Source of the DNA: the human T2T-CHM13v2.0 reference genome, Homo sapiens
NCBI RefSeq assembly: GCF_009914755.1
Contig: NC_060925.1
Strand: one strand, 5' to 3'
Length of the DNA: 64,000 nt
Positions 36,161 to 53,662 of this stretch are shown piece after piece. The number at the start of each line of letters is the position of its first letter. Position 1 is the stretch's first letter. Position numbers and translations under genes: made by a program. The notes under the pieces were generated by a model. It had not been told where the DNA came from. It did no database searches and saw nothing but the letters and a program-made list of their open reading frames with translations.

Positions 36161-36559
36161 ATAATTATTTAATTTTACTTTATTTAAAGCACAAAAGCAG
36201 GCTCAGCACAGAACTATCAAAGTCTCCTGGGTTGGTAAAGACAAGGAAATAATTCATTCTTTACTTCTACAAGATCAAGCACCAACTCTACATGCATGAT
36301 TTTGTACTAGGTGCTTCAGGGAGATATCAAATGGAGGACTGATGGTCTCTAATCCAAAGTGCTACAGAATTCAGAAACATATAAGGATATAAAACATGAG
36401 GTTTCCTTCAACTGCAGGAAGAATGGGAAGCACAGGGAGAAGGGCAGTTATCAGCAAAGACTCTGTGGAGGGGGTCATGTTAGTTCTGCACCTAAACCAC
36501 AAGGAGAATTTTAAGGAAGAAATAATTTGGTTTCCATTATTCATTTATTTTCTGACTGA

Positions 36560-36790
36560 AAGAGCAGATATACTGTGCAGTGGTTACGAGCATGAGCTTT
36601 AGAGTCAGAGTTTTGAGCTCCAGCTGCAGCTTTGCTACTAACTACTCCATGATCCTAGACAAGTTACTCAGTGCTCCTAAAGCCTTACATTTTTCATGTA
36701 AAAAGAAAATAATCATTTCCATTTTACAGGATTTTTGAGAGAAGCAGATGACAGAACGCTGCAAAATGCATTACACAGTGCCTGCTCAAT
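36560..36790 (+). mobile_element. MIR
   Basis: gcagtggttacgagcatgagctttagagtcaga...gacaagttactc core. Confidence 0.6.
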
Positions 36791-38160
36791 GGTAACAATT
36801 ACTGGTACCAAAGAAACAGAATGTACCCTCTACCCTTCAAAAAATGAAGTGCTCATTTATGAAAATAGCAAAAATAAAGATCATAGAACTATAATCTCTT
36901 TTGAAAAATAAATCTGAAAAGATATACATTGAAAATAAAATGGAGGCAGGGCAGAATATAGTATCTTTCACATAGTAGGAATGTAATGTTTCCATGTTTG
37001 TCGAATGAATAAATAACCTAAATAATAGATGAACTAAGTCTTGCCATGCTAACTCAATCCATCAGAGAATATTAGTGCAATCAAGCATGTAAAACTATAA
37101 ACCAGTGAATGTTCCTTGCTGTTTTTTGGCAAAATACTTTAGAAGGTTTTCACTTTACACAGAAATGCAAATTTCCAGAACTGTCAGTGAGGCCCCTTTA
37201 GGTTTTAAGGAACAGGTTACTGTGGGCAGTGGAGGTTTACTCTACAGGTACGAGGATAAGTGAGAACTGGGGAAACCCAATGGGTAGCTGAGAGCTAAGC
37301 CACCAAGGTCCACAGCAGCTCTAGTTGTCCAAAAGGAATTAAGGCAATTCTTTCTCATCTCAGCCTCTTTTGTGTTTGATTTCACTTTTGCCTCTACCTA
37401 TTGCTAATAGACACTGTGTCAATTTCTGCTCCTTCATGGCTTTGCTATCTGCCTTCTCTCCATGTTTCTCTCTTGACCCTGCTCCACTTTACTAAGTCCT
37501 TCTCCGTGAGTCTTGCACTCAAATTCTCCCCGAGAAAGTATCCTGTATAGGGTGTTCCACCAGATACCTCACAAGACACTGACCTCCTTCAAGCCCAGCC
37601 TATAGATGGCTTCCCTTTCTTGGGTGCTGACCCCTGAGCAGTCAGCTGTAGCTGGGCTGCAGGGCCACAGGATCTATGCACAGGAACCTACCCACAGCTA
37701 TTTAGCTTGGAAGGTACAACCAACTCCCATGGTCCAAATGGGACCATGGGTATCCTTCAAAACCTGATGGGTGAAAATACATTCACTGTCATGAGCTGCT
37801 CATAACTGCAGTGGCAATGAGTACCAGCTTACTACATTCTAACGGGGTTTGAAAAGATCACAAGATAAAACTGAAGGAACTCTGAAGTGACTGATTTGTT
37901 GCATAACATCTGAATCTAATTTTTAAGAGTTGACAGGGACCTAAAAGGCCATCTGGCCTAACTCTACTCTTTGTACAACAATCCAGATCCCACAGCCAGT
38001 AACTGGCACAATCAGAATGAGAGAGTCTTAAGAGTCCTGACTCCTAGCCCAATGCTCTTTCCCTACACAACTGTGAGCATTTTTACAATTACAGTCATTA
38101 ATAATAAAAGATGTAATTGAAAGAATATAACTTCGTAACAAGTAGAGAAGTCTGAAACAC

Positions 38161-38541
38161 TTTTTTTTTTTTTAAGAGACACGGTCTCACTCTGTCACTC
38201 AGGCTGGAGTGCGCTGGTGTGATCATAGCTCACTGCAGCCTTGAACTCCTGGACTCAAGTGGGGTCTCACTCTGTCACTCAGGCTGGAGCGCAGTGGCAT
38301 GATTTTTGGCTCACTGCAACCTCCACCTCCCAGGCTCAATCAATCCTCCCATCTCAGCCTCCTGAGTAGCTGGGACTACAGGCACATGCCACCATGCCCA
38401 GCTAATTTTTGTTATTTATTGTAGAGATGGGGTTTCACCATGTCACCTAGGCTGGTCTAGAACTCCTGTACTCAAGCAATCCACCCGCCTCGGCCTCCTA
38501 AAATGCTGGGATTACAGGCGTGAGCCACTGTACCTGACCTG
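38161..38541 (-). mobile_element. Composite AluJ (3' fragment plus AluJ)
   Basis: Two successive right-arm ends sharing ggtctcactctgtcactcaggctggag. Confidence 0.8.
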
Positions 38542-38547
38542 GAAAAC

Positions 38548-38841
<294 letters not shown>

Positions 38842-40040
38842 CAGAAAACTTCTAAGACAAACTCTATACTACATCCAGGCTGAACAATATAATAAAGACG
38901 AACGATGACTGGCATCTGTGGACAGGTGTGTCCACTCTGCATTAAGCCAGATAAACATGATTTGAAATGTTTTGCCTTCATGATGGCCTTGGTTAAGGAA
39001 AGAGATGAAGTTCTCCCTACATGTTCCTGAAAATTCTAAAAATAGGCATAAAACAAGAAGATCACATGCCAATTCTATCACTGCAATTCATCTGGGAGAG
39101 GTACTTGGAACAAATTACTTGCATGGGAACATTGACCAAAAGCCTTCTCTTCTGTTTTACTCACAGAAGCCAAGTTTAGCTTCTTTACAGGCCTCTTCTT
39201 GATCCACAAATAGGAGTGTGATCTAAATAAAAACTGTAAAACTATTTACTTATCCTCCACACTTGCTATAAGTAACACTCCAATTCCAAAACTAGACACC
39301 ATTATACTTTATCATAAAAAAAAAACAGTGCTGGTTATTTGATAAAATGTCCCACGCACTATGTAGTGAGAAAACTAACACTGGCTTTTTGTGGCAAACT
39401 GGATGAATGTGCTTTAAAAGTATCATCCTTTAAATGAATGCAAACTCAGGGTAGTAGGAAGACAAAAATAATGCACAAGATGTTCCTGGGAAAGGTAGTT
39501 TATATGCTTTGTAAAATTCAAGACAGAATTCCTTCAAAACCCCAAACTTGCCCCAGAATGCAAGTTCATCCACTAAGGGGATCTGTGATGGGCAATTCAG
39601 TTACTGAAAATATCATGGAACCTCTATTTAGAGGAAGGGGGCTTGGTTGTCTGCCATAATCCTGTGAAACTCCACCTTGCAGGGAGCACTAGGCTAAGAG
39701 GCATTCTGAATTTTTTGCCTACCTTTTTTTTCTGTTTAGTGTGGTCAATTTTGTTTCTCTTTTTTAGATATAATTTACATACCATACAATTTACCCTTTT
39801 AAAGTAAATATATTCAGCAGTTTTTTGTATATTCACAAGATGTATAACCACCACCACTATCTACAGAAAATTTTCATTACCCAAAAAGAAACTCCATACC
39901 CAAGAGTGGTTACTTCCCCTTTCCTGGCAACCACTAATCTAATTTCTGTCCCTATGGATTTGCCTGTTCTGAACATTTCACATAAAGGGCATCATATATG
40001 TGGCTGTGTCTGACTTCTCTCACTATGTTTTCGAGATACA

Positions 40041-40695
<655 letters not shown>

Positions 40696-41338
40696 TAATA
40701 TTCTATTGTGTGAATGTACCATTTTACTTATCCATTCATCAGTTGATAGTCATTTGGCTTATTTCCACTTTTTGACTATTACAAATAAAGCTGCTATGAA
40801 TATTCATGTACACATTTTTTGGAGATGTAAGTTTTCATGTGGACGTAAGTTTTCATTTCTCACGAATATACACCTAGGAATGGAATTGCTGGCCCATATG
40901 GTAACTCTGTAGTTAACCTTTTGAGGAACTGTCAGACTATTTTCCACAGCAGCTGCACCATTTTACATTCCTATCAGCAACGTATGGGGGTTCCAATCTC
41001 TCTACATCCTTGCCAAAACTTATTATCCACTTTTTAAAAATTATAACCATCCTAGTGGGTGTGAAGTGCTATCTCATCGTGATTTAGAGTTGCATTTCCT
41101 TGATGACTAATGATGTTGGCATTATTTCATGTGCTTACTAGTCATTTGTATATCTTCTTTGGAAAAATGTCTATTCAGATTCTTTGCCCATTTTTAAACT
41201 GAGTTATTTGTCTTTATTGTTGAATTGTAGGTGTTCTTTATATATTCTAAATACCAGTCCCTTATCAGGTGTATGATTTGCAAATACTTTTTCCCATTCT
41301 GTGGGCTGTCTTTTCACTTTCTTGATAGTGTCCTTTGA

Positions 41339-41662
<324 letters not shown>

Positions 41663-42262
41663 TGATAAGGTCTAATCTATGAATTTTTTCTTTGTCTATC
41701 CCATTATATACAGTTGTTTCTATGGAGAACTGATTGTAATGACTAATTAACCAAGGGTTTTCCTCAGTTTGATTACATCTCTGATGTAAGAAAGTGCTTA
41801 TTCTATTAGCATGTCTGATGTCATTTCTCCCTTTGAACAGAATACTAATTGGTTCTGATTCACTTGATAGACAGGAAATGAATAGACTAAAGCTTTTAGT
41901 GCATTATGGTATGGAATTATGTATTCCAGAGAATAAAACTGATTTACAACCCTGCACGTTTGGGTGCTTAACTTGAATCTCTGCTACACTGTCCTCCTTT
42001 CTTGCAGCTCCTACCTCCAGGCCCTCCATTCAACTCCTTTTCCAGCCCCAGCTCCTCTTTTGGCCCCCAAACAGGGATGTTTGTGAGGTTCAGTCTTCAT
42101 GGCCCCCCTGCTCATTTTCCATCTGTCCCTGTGACCTTGCCCCCATGGGATTTCTCCAGGTTGCACAACTCCAGCCCTCCCTTCTCTCCTGTCCATCCTG
42201 TAACTGTCACTGCCTCTGGGCCATCTCGACTTCAACTGACCGTATGCCAACAACAAATAGGC

Positions 42263-42558
<296 letters not shown>

Positions 42559-42736
42559 ATCTTCTTTTCTAAGCCATTTGCCTCTCTAGGCTCCATCTCT
42601 ATGTAGTATCATTCTCCCGTTTGCCTGGCTTCAAAATTAAGAATCCTCTTTGATTCTTCCTTCTCCCCCTCTGCTACAGCAAAGCACCCTCTCACATCAG
42701 CCTTTGCCGCAGCATGGTTGTCTCCCTTTGCCTTAA

Positions 42737-43101
<365 letters not shown>

Positions 43102-43400
43102 CCAATCCTTTTAAATACTCCCTGCTCCCTACTAGATAATGTACAGACCCTGACACTCAGACCCCTCCATAATCTGACCAAGTCTATCTTTCCTACCTCA
43201 TCTCCCTCTACTTTGCTCACCAGCCCTCTGCCCCAACCATACCATGCTATTCATGATCTCTGACATGTCCTATTTTATTCCCATCTCTATACAGTTGCTC
43301 ATGTCATCTCCCTTCCCTAGCCAGCCCCTTCTTTTTCACCTACATGTTACCTTTCCTTCAGAGTAGTCCCACTTTCTCAAACCAGCCAGCCTTCCTTCCT

Positions 43401-43788
<388 letters not shown>

Positions 43789-44500
43789 CTTCATTAATTT
43801 TGAAGCACCTGACTCTACCATTTCTTTGGCCCTCATTCATTCATTCCAGTTAGCTCAGTTGCTCCTAGATGAGAGGCTCTCTTGCTCTAAATCTCCACTG
43901 CTCTCCCCCAGAGGACAAATAGGTACTGAGTACCTACAGTACTCATACTTCTATGGAGTCATACTTCCATACTACACTCCACACTAGGCACTGGAGTTAC
44001 AGTAAAGGAGGAGAAGACAAAATCTGTGTGCCTCACAGAACTTGTAGGGCAGTGCCAAGGGATGGATAACAATTAACTGAATAATTAAACTCAATAAATG
44101 TGACCTATCAACTGTGTTAACTGTTACAAAGGAAAGCATATCACAGGGAGAAAGGGACCTCATCAGGGAAGTCAAGGAAGGCTCAGAAGGAGGGACAAGT
44201 TCTTCCTTGGGTAACCGGCCTTCTGTCTCTATATGCCTGAGTTCCTGGAGGAACTTACTCACCCTCTTTGTGGTGTCAGCACTTGGCATAACAAGTGAAG
44301 CAGTCCTTAATTGATCTGCTACAGGGAGGGGAGAATTTGGAGCAGGAAAGCTCTCATCTAGGAACAACTGAGCCAGAGTCAGAACACCTTGCGAGACAGC
44401 TCTGGGTATGGATTTGAGCCCTGCCACTCATGAGCTCTGAGCATATTCCTTAACGTCTGTGCCTTGGGTTCCTCATCTATAAACTAGGACTAACCGTTCA

Positions 44501-44826
<326 letters not shown>

Positions 44827-44927
44827 AGCCCTAAAGCCCTACACAGGCCTAGTACATGAAAGCACCCCCAAAATGGCAACCACTATCACCATTACCATTA
44901 TTTTTATTATTATTATTAGAAGACTCA

Positions 44928-45220
<293 letters not shown>

Positions 45221-45686
45221 GAAGAGTCAGAGGCAAGAAATGAGCTCTGAGAGTTGTGTATCAGTCCATCAAATTTGAGCCAACTCACTACTGACCCAGC
45301 CAAATGGACTCCTGAGATCTGAATCTTCTGTGATTTAGAAAGGAGATGAGCCCAGCTCATCTGGTTCCCCCAAAGCAACTGGGAAGGCTACCCCAAAGCA
45401 AGTGGGAATGCTCTTGCCAGTTGATGGAACTACCCAAAATTTGCTCTGCCTGAGGCCTGGCTTCCTATTCTGATTGACCCCAGGCTTTGCAGCCCCAGGA
45501 ATCTGAGGCAAAAGAGAGGCTGCTAAGGTCCAAGGACATTAGGGCCACCTCCTGATTTACCTGGGCACTTCTCTATGAAAGGAAACACAAAGACAAGCCT
45601 CATCTTTCCAAGTCTGGCCTCCCTCCTCTTCTTTCTCCTGCCTCCATCTATGCACTTCTGGTTGGGGGCAAGAGGGTAGTGCAAGG

Positions 45687-46203
45687 TGTGGTAGGCAGAA
45701 TAAAGGCTCCCAAAGATGTCCAAGTGTTAATCCTTAGAACCTGTGAATATGTCAAGTTGCATGGAAAAGGGGAATTAGGGCAGCAAATGGGACTAAGGTT
45801 GCTAATCAGCTGACTTTAAAGCAGGGAGATTATCCTGGGTTACCTGGGTGGGCCCGATGTGATCACAAAGGCCCTTTAAACACAGAAAAGGGAGGCAGGA
45901 GAGTCAGCATCAGAGTGATGTCATGTGAGAAAGACTCGACGAGCCACTGCTGGTTTTGAAGCTGCAGGAAGGGGCCACAAGCCAAGGAATGCAGGAGGCC
46001 TCCAGAAGCTAGAAAAGGCAAAGACCAAGTTCTCTCCTCAAGCCCCTAGAAAGGAATTCAGGCCTGCTGACAGCTTAATTTTAGCCCAGTGAGATCCATT
46101 TTGGACTCCTGACCTCCAGAACTATAAGATAATAAATTTGTGTTTTTTTAGGCCACTAAGTTTTTGGTAATTTGTTATAGAAACAATAGAAAACTAATAT
46201 ACA
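45687..46203 (+). mobile_element. MLT1D-like MaLR solo LTR
   Basis: TGTGGTAGGCAGAAT start; ...ccagaactataagataataaatttgtgttt...aactaatataca end; about 515 bp. Confidence 0.85.
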
Positions 46204-46334
46204 GGTCTTTCAAGTTGTTCTCCCGGGAGCCTTAGGGCTTTAGAGGCAATGCCTCATGTCAGAGGGAGGATTAGCCGTGCTACTATCTTTTACATATTGG
46301 GCTTTAATAAAAGAATGCTTATTGTTTTGTGTGA

Positions 46335-46460
<126 letters not shown>

Positions 46461-46488
46461 TAAAATAGTTTTTATAAACCACTGATGT

Positions 46489-46838
<350 letters not shown>

Positions 46839-47045
46839 TCAGTCTGTGTTTACCAGCTATATGACCTCCCCATGCTTTACTCAACCTCCCTGAGGTTGGG
46901 GGCCTCATCTGTAAAAGGGGGATAACCACTTCACAGGGTTGATGTGAGAATTAAATGGGGCAAATGGGGTACGACAGATCCTGGCACAGGAGAAGCAGTC
47001 AGGAAATGTTAGCTGCCCTTCCAGCCTCCTTCCTTCCAGGCAGTC

Positions 47046-47377
<332 letters not shown>

Positions 47378-47469
47378 TAAGGAGCAGGCAGAACCACATT
47401 AGTTCCTGTCTTGTTCCCCTCTCCCACAAACAGATGGGATCCATCCAAGAAGTTGAAGTCAGGCTGGGG

Positions 47470-48720
47470 CTTCATTCATTCACTCAACAAATCTTTATGG
47501 CGTGGTCAAGGCTAGGCTGGTGAGCAAAACAGACTGGTCTCTGCCCTCAGGGAGTTTCATTCTAGTAGAACAGGGGTCCCCAACCCCCAGGCCACAGACC
47601 AATACGGGTCCATGGCCTGTTAGGAACTGGGCCAATACAGTAGGAGGTGAGCAGTGAGTGAGCATTACCACCTGAGCTCCACCTCCTGTCAGATCAGCTG
47701 CAGCATTAGATTCTCATAGGAGTGCAAATCCTATTGTAAGCTGCACATACAAGGGATCTAGGTTGTGTGCTCCTTATGAAAATCTAACTATGTCTGATAA
47801 TCTGAGGTGGAACAGTTTCATCTTGAAACCATCCCCCAACCTCCATCTGTGGAAAAATTGTCTTCCACAAACCGGTCCCTGGTGCCAAAAAGTTGGGGAC
47901 TGCTGTAGTAGAACAGACAGACATTAGTCAGACAAACAAACGCACCATTCCAACAGCAATAGCCGGAAAGGAGAGGCGCGTGGACTATGAGACGGTGCTG
48001 GAGGGTGGGAGGTAATCTGGCCAGAAGGTTAGAGAAGGCTCTGTGGAAAAAAATGAGTGAGCTGAAAGCTGAAGAATGATTAGGCATTAACTATGTGAAG
48101 AAGGAAAGTGAATTCCAGGCAGAGAAATAAAACAACAAAAAGGCCCTGTGGTGAGAGGGAATGAGGCCTAAAATAAAAAAAGATCAGCATGGCTGAGGGC
48201 CAGAGAAAAAGGGGATGAGAGGAAGGAAGGAATGGAGAACTACTCTGAAGTTCAACTGCGTTAAGTGGTAGTACCATTCCTGCAAACAGGAAATACTGGG
48301 AGAGGACCAAGCTGGGACTGAGATGATCATGAGGTCAATTTTGGACATGTGGAGTTGAGGGAAGCTTTGGGAGATCCAAGCAGAACTATGACATGGGCAG
48401 TTGGAAATACAGGATATATAAATTTGCGGTTTGTAGGTAACCTCTGGGCTAGAGATGTAAACATGGGAGTCACGTGTGAGCAAGCAGTGGCTGAAGCAAG
48501 GGAGCAGGCCTGGGTAGAACTGTCTATGAGAGTGAGAGAAAGGGGCCTGCAACCAACATTTCATGCCCAAGAGCTGGAGAGTGACCGCAATGGAGCCTGG
48601 AAGGAGTGGCCTGAGAAATGCTGCATCACAGAAGCTAAGGGAGCAGCGTGTATCCGGGCGGAAGAAGTAGTCAGCAGTGTCAAACATTGCCGTAGGGCTC
48701 CATAAGATGCCAACTGACTG
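47470..48720 (-). mobile_element. L2 fragment interrupted by MER1B
   Basis: cattcattcactcaacaaat L2 3' end on the minus strand; purine-rich L2-like body. Confidence 0.6.
47571..47905. mobile_element. MER1B hAT-Charlie MITE
   Basis: TIRs CAGGGGTCCCCAAC / GTTGGGGACTGCTG; perfect 8-bp TSD tagtagaa at 47563-47570 and 47906-47913. Confidence 0.92.
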
Positions 48721-49121
48721 ATGGGACCCTGCTTACCCAACTGAGCAGCATTACTGGACAGGCCTAGTATCTGAAAGAGGGGGCCTATTAGATCTTCTTT
48801 GACCCGGATATTAGAGGCTCACCTGCTAGCAGTTTCCAGGGAAAGAGGAACAGAAGAGCAGAGATCCAAAGCATTTGCCATTGTATGCAATGACCTGACC
48901 TCAGGAAGTGGCTCAAATTGGAGTTAAGAGCAGATACCAGCCTAGACATATCCTCTGTTCCAAGGCTGGTTAAATATGTATGGCTTTAAAACTAGGGCAA
49001 TACTTGAGACCTGACACCAGGGTGCAGGGAAGGGGGCTCCTCCTCTCCCACAGTTGGCAAGGCGCCTAGACTGGGGTGTCCAGCTGCAGCAACAGCACAG
49101 CAAAGCACCAAACGCACTCAC

Positions 49122-49218
49122 CTGGTAAGATACCCGGACCTTGGACTCTGACCGTCTCCTTGTCCTGCTCGTCTGCCAGCTCTGAGTTCTCAACCACCTG
49201 GACCAACTCCTCACTCAG
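49122..49218 (-). CDS. PACC1: PACC1 exon 2 ([32 protein letters not shown])
   Basis: Acceptor ttctcccttTAG|CTG; donor CCAG|GTGAGT; 97 nt. Confidence 0.96.
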
Positions 49219-49404
49219 CTAAAGGGAGAAGCAAAGAGAGCAAAGACAAGTCAGCTATGTCAGCCTTGCTTTTCTACACTAGAATAAGAAAGCAGAAGCT
49301 GCTTGTCACTTAATTGTCACCAAAAACCACATGACATAGAGTGTGTTACAGCAATTTTACAGATGAGGACACCGAAGCTCAGAAAGCTCAATAAACTTTC
49401 TGCT

Positions 49405-49864
49405 CTCTGTGTTCCTAGGACTACTGTAGCAAGTACCACAAACCGAACAGCTTAAAACAACGGAAATGTCTTCTCTCACAGTTCTGGAGGCTAGAAGTCT
49501 GAAATTGAGGTGTTGGCAGGGTTGGCTCCTTCTTCTACGAGTGGTGAGGAAATCTGTTCCATGCCTCTCTCCTGGCTTCTGGTGACAGCCAGCAATCCTT
49601 GGAGTTCGTTGGCTCGTAGAGGCATCCAATCTCCACTCTCCGCTGCCATCTTTACAAGGTGTGCTCTCTCTGTGTCTTCACATGGTCATCGTCTTGAAGG
49701 ACACCAGCCATGTTGGATTAGGGGCCCACCCTACTCCTGTATGACCTCATCTTCACTAATTACACCTGCAATGACCCCATTTCCAAACAAGGTCACAATC
49801 TGAGGTACCTGGGGTTAGGACTTCAACATATCTTTTTTAAGGAAACACAATTCAACCCACAATA
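49405..49864 (-). mobile_element. MLT1C-like MaLR solo LTR
   Basis: ctcacagttctggaggctagaagtctgaaatt...acacaattcaacccacaata. Confidence 0.8.
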
Positions 49865-50446
49865 TTTTCCATGGCCATAAAGCCAGGGAAAGATATGGCA
49901 GGAGTAAAATCCAAGTTGGTCTAGTTCCAAAGCCCATAGTCTTAACCACTTCCCAAAGGAAGAGGAAATACGGCTTAGAGTCTGCTGAGAGAAAAGAGGG
50001 AACAGTGAAGGTGGTGTCAGAGCTCTCTCTGGCACTCTGGCTGAAGTCCACTGACTTGGGCTGCAAATGGCAGAACACAGCAGGAAGGGCAGGCAGTCCA
50101 CCACAGGGATAGGTGCTGATTATAATCAGCAGCCTGGTAGCCAGCAACCTCAACCTCACTTCACCAGTGGTCTCACCTGTCAAATGGGGAAAATTATACC
50201 ACTGAGAAGGGAAGAAGGACGGAAAGGATACCATGATAATCAACAAGTCTCTGTAGGATTAAGGAGGAGGGCAAGAGAGCTCAAGACCAGAGCTTAGAAG
50301 AGAAGCCATCCCTGAATTGGGAGGGAGAGGGGACAGCTTTCCCAAGCACTTTGTCAGGTTCACAGCATCAGTGTTTAAGGTTTTAAGGTTTCTAGACATT
50401 TTCATTAAAAACTCACCTCCAAGAGACAAGTGAAAAACATCTCTTA

Positions 50447-50865
<419 letters not shown>

Positions 50866-52594
50866 CAACCAGTGGGAAAGGGCAGGGAGGCTGGTGAAGG
50901 CACCAAGAGATATAAGCCACTAGCAGGAGCACAGATAAAGAGGTCTCACTGGCCAAAGGGAGAGGAGGATGTTAGTCCTGGGAAATCTCAAAGTTCCCTG
51001 ATTCAAGCCTCACTCAGGTTCACCCTGACCCAGGTGCTAACACCCTCCCACCAGGTTCCCTTCCTGACTACCCACAGCCATAATGAGCCTGCCTCCTTGC
51101 CTGCCCCTGGCCAAATTCTCAGTATATCCCACCCTCCCCAAGGAAAAATCCCCCCTCAGCAAATAAACCTACTCAGAGCTAGGTACACTCACAGAATGGT
51201 TCAGGAAGAAAGACGCCGGCCATTTTCTGGGTGGCCCCATTCTCTGAGGAAGTGAGAGACAGGGACTCCAGAACAGGCCTCTGAAGAAGGCAAGGGGAGG
51301 GCACCCTTCCAGTGCCTCCCACTTTGGAGATGCCTCCAAAGAGAAACTGAGTCTACCCTGGGCCTTGGCCCTCCAAGCGGGGTAAGTGCCTATATTTTAA
51401 TAAACATTTTATAAGCCCTGCTAGGCTGGCTATGTGTGGATGGTGAGGCACATGTTCCTGCTAAGCCAGGACCCCAAAGCATCCTGGACGCAGGAGCTGC
51501 CCACACCGTTAACAAGAGCTATCATTCACTGTGGGGTCACCATTTGCCAGACACTGAGCCAAGCGCTTTCCACACCAACTTATCTAATCCCCAAACAACC
51601 CTGGGAGGTAGGGACTTTTATTATCTTCATCTTTCAGACAAAGAAACTGAGGCTCAGAAAGTTATGTGACTCAATAAAAGTCACACAAACAGCAAGAGGC
51701 ACAGCCAGGCACGAACGTGGGCTTTCTGACTTTTATCCACTGTGCTCCACACCCTATAAACCTAAAAACTTTCAGACACATCTCATTCCCCAGGATTCCC
51801 CCACTGTTTAGGGTACAGAATCTAGGGGTCATGGAATCCACAGCACTGGTTAAAATCCCTCAGACTCCTTTCAGACAAAGGAAACAGATGGAATAAAGGG
51901 GATGGGAGGAGAAATATAGAAATCTGTCCAAGGCCAGATTCCAGCCAAGATCCTACACTAAAAAATGGCAAGCCTTAGGCAAATCTCATCTGCCTTCAAG
52001 TTGGCTTCTCCCTCCACTGTAGGGCTAAGCCACCTGCTTTATATAGTCCACAAAGCCCTTCTGTGAATCAGTCTTTTACAAAGGGAGATATGTACAGCAG
52101 TAACTATTGACTAAGACAGAAGGCAGCAAGTTCATTATGAGAAGGACAGACAGAAATGCAGACGGGTCTGGAAAGCGGACCCCTATGGAACACATGGAAC
52201 TTGAGGTAGCCCTTGACTTCTGGGGGCATTTTACCCAATGGAGCTTGGCGGAGCGTTGATGAAGGAATGGAGTGAGCACACGCACAGAGGCAGGAGCACA
52301 TTTTAAAACTGAGTTTCCACTGTGCCAGACCCTAGGTGGGTTAGGAGGTGGCAAAGGTAATGGGAGACATGGCTGCTGTGCTGTTCAGAGCTTTGGGAGC
52401 CTGCTGAGAAGTCTGGACTGTTCTGGGCAGACGAAGGGCAGCGTCAGGTCTGAGAAAAAAGGAATGCTCCGAGGTGAAGGCAGGGCCTCAAGGCAAATCT
52501 GGAGAGTATAAGAGACTAAAGGGAGCGATGGTAACACAGTATCGCACTCAGAGGTTACAGCAAACACAGGGACACAAACTGGAGGAGGACCGAC

Positions 52595-52777
52595 CTGGAA
52601 CTGCCTGACTTTGGCCAATGAGGCGGCACGATGGAGGGGCACAGAAGAGGACGGTTGCCAAAGATGACCAAGGTTTGGGGGCCGAGAAGTGGAGGCGGAG
52701 GAGGAGAGCAGTTTCACTAATACAGCTGGAGAAGTGAGGAGGCAGGGCTTGCTTGAAGGAAGCGCTGGACGCACAGC
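52595..52777 (-). CDS. PACC1: PACC1 alternative in-frame cassette exon (61 aa, AVRPALPSSK...AKVRQFQ; 411-aa isoform)
   Basis: Acceptor cttctctgtcctgcgctgcAG|GCT; donor CAG|GTCGGT; 183 nt, phase 0/0, no stop. 350+61=411 matches the long isoform length I recall. Confidence 0.8.
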
Positions 52778-53418
52778 CTGCAGCGCAGGACAGAGAAGAG
52801 ACAAAGAACTGGAAAGTGATAAAGTCGTGGGAGGAGGTGAGACTGGAGGGAGAGACGAAGAGGAGCGAGAACTAGCAGAGTCCATGAAGGCACTTTTTCA
52901 AAGTTAGGTGGTCACCAAAAAACAGGTAATCAATCCTGTCACCAGCCGCGGGGACAGCGAGGCCTTGGGCTTGGAGGGGGAGGATGCCGACGATGCCGAC
53001 CGCGCATCAGATCTCGCCGGGAGGAGGGCGCGGGCGCTCCACTTGTTGCAAAGAACGCCGGGTTCCTCTGGGCCATTGGGCTGCCGCTCCGGCGGGGAGC
53101 GCGGAAGGCTGGGCCTCAGGTAGCTTCAATCATTCACCTGCTGGTTACGGGTCGCGGCGCCGGGGACCCTACTCCGGACCTCGGCCATGCAACCCGCAGC
53201 ATACGGAGAACGCTGGGCGCCCGCTCCGCTGCCCCGCTTCCTTCCTGCCCCTGGGCCGCTCCTCTGCACCCCGGGAGCCCTCCCCTGACGCACCCGTCGG
53301 TCCCTCGGAAGAGCCCTCTGCCGCGCAGCCCCGACACCCCCCGCCCCGCATCCGCCCAGGCCCCCGGGACCCTGCTCCTCCGCCTCAAACTTCCCTTCCG
53401 TCTCTCACAACCTCGTAC

Positions 53419-53454
53419 CTCCTGGTAGGATGTGGAGCGCTCCTGCCGGATCAT
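53419..53454 (-). CDS. PACC1: PACC1 exon 1 coding part (MIRQERSTSYQE)
   Basis: gtgccATGA start at 53454; donor GAG|GTACGA. Confidence 0.96.
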
Positions 53455-53603
53455 GGCACTGACCAGAGCTTCGGCACACCTGAGACCGCCCCAGCCCGCG
53501 GCGCACGGACGCAGCACTGCGGCCGCTGCACCTGGACCTACCGGCTCCGCGAGGCGAAACGGGTCCGGAGGGGCGTCCCAGAGACCAGGCGTGGCGATAC
53601 TCG

Positions 53604-53613
53604 GCGCATGCGC
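53604..53613. promoter_or_regulatory. NRF1-type palindrome GCGCATGCGC
   Basis: Exact core motif about 150 nt upstream of the ATG. Confidence 0.7.
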
Positions 53614-53649
53614 CTGGCCGCTGCCGCCCAGGAGTCGCGAAAGTGTTGA

Positions 53650-53662
53650 TGGGAAATGTAGT
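53650..53662 (-). promoter_or_regulatory. ZNF143/THAP11-type motif ACTACATTTCCCA
   Basis: Reverse complement of tgggaaatgtagt matches ACTACAnnTCCCA; GC box gggcgggg at 53666-53673. Confidence 0.7.

Noticed and set aside
52385-52885. 166-aa minus-strand ORF as an independent gene
   Set aside because: Only the 61-aa part between splice sites is supported, as a PACC1 cassette exon; the rest is low-complexity intron.
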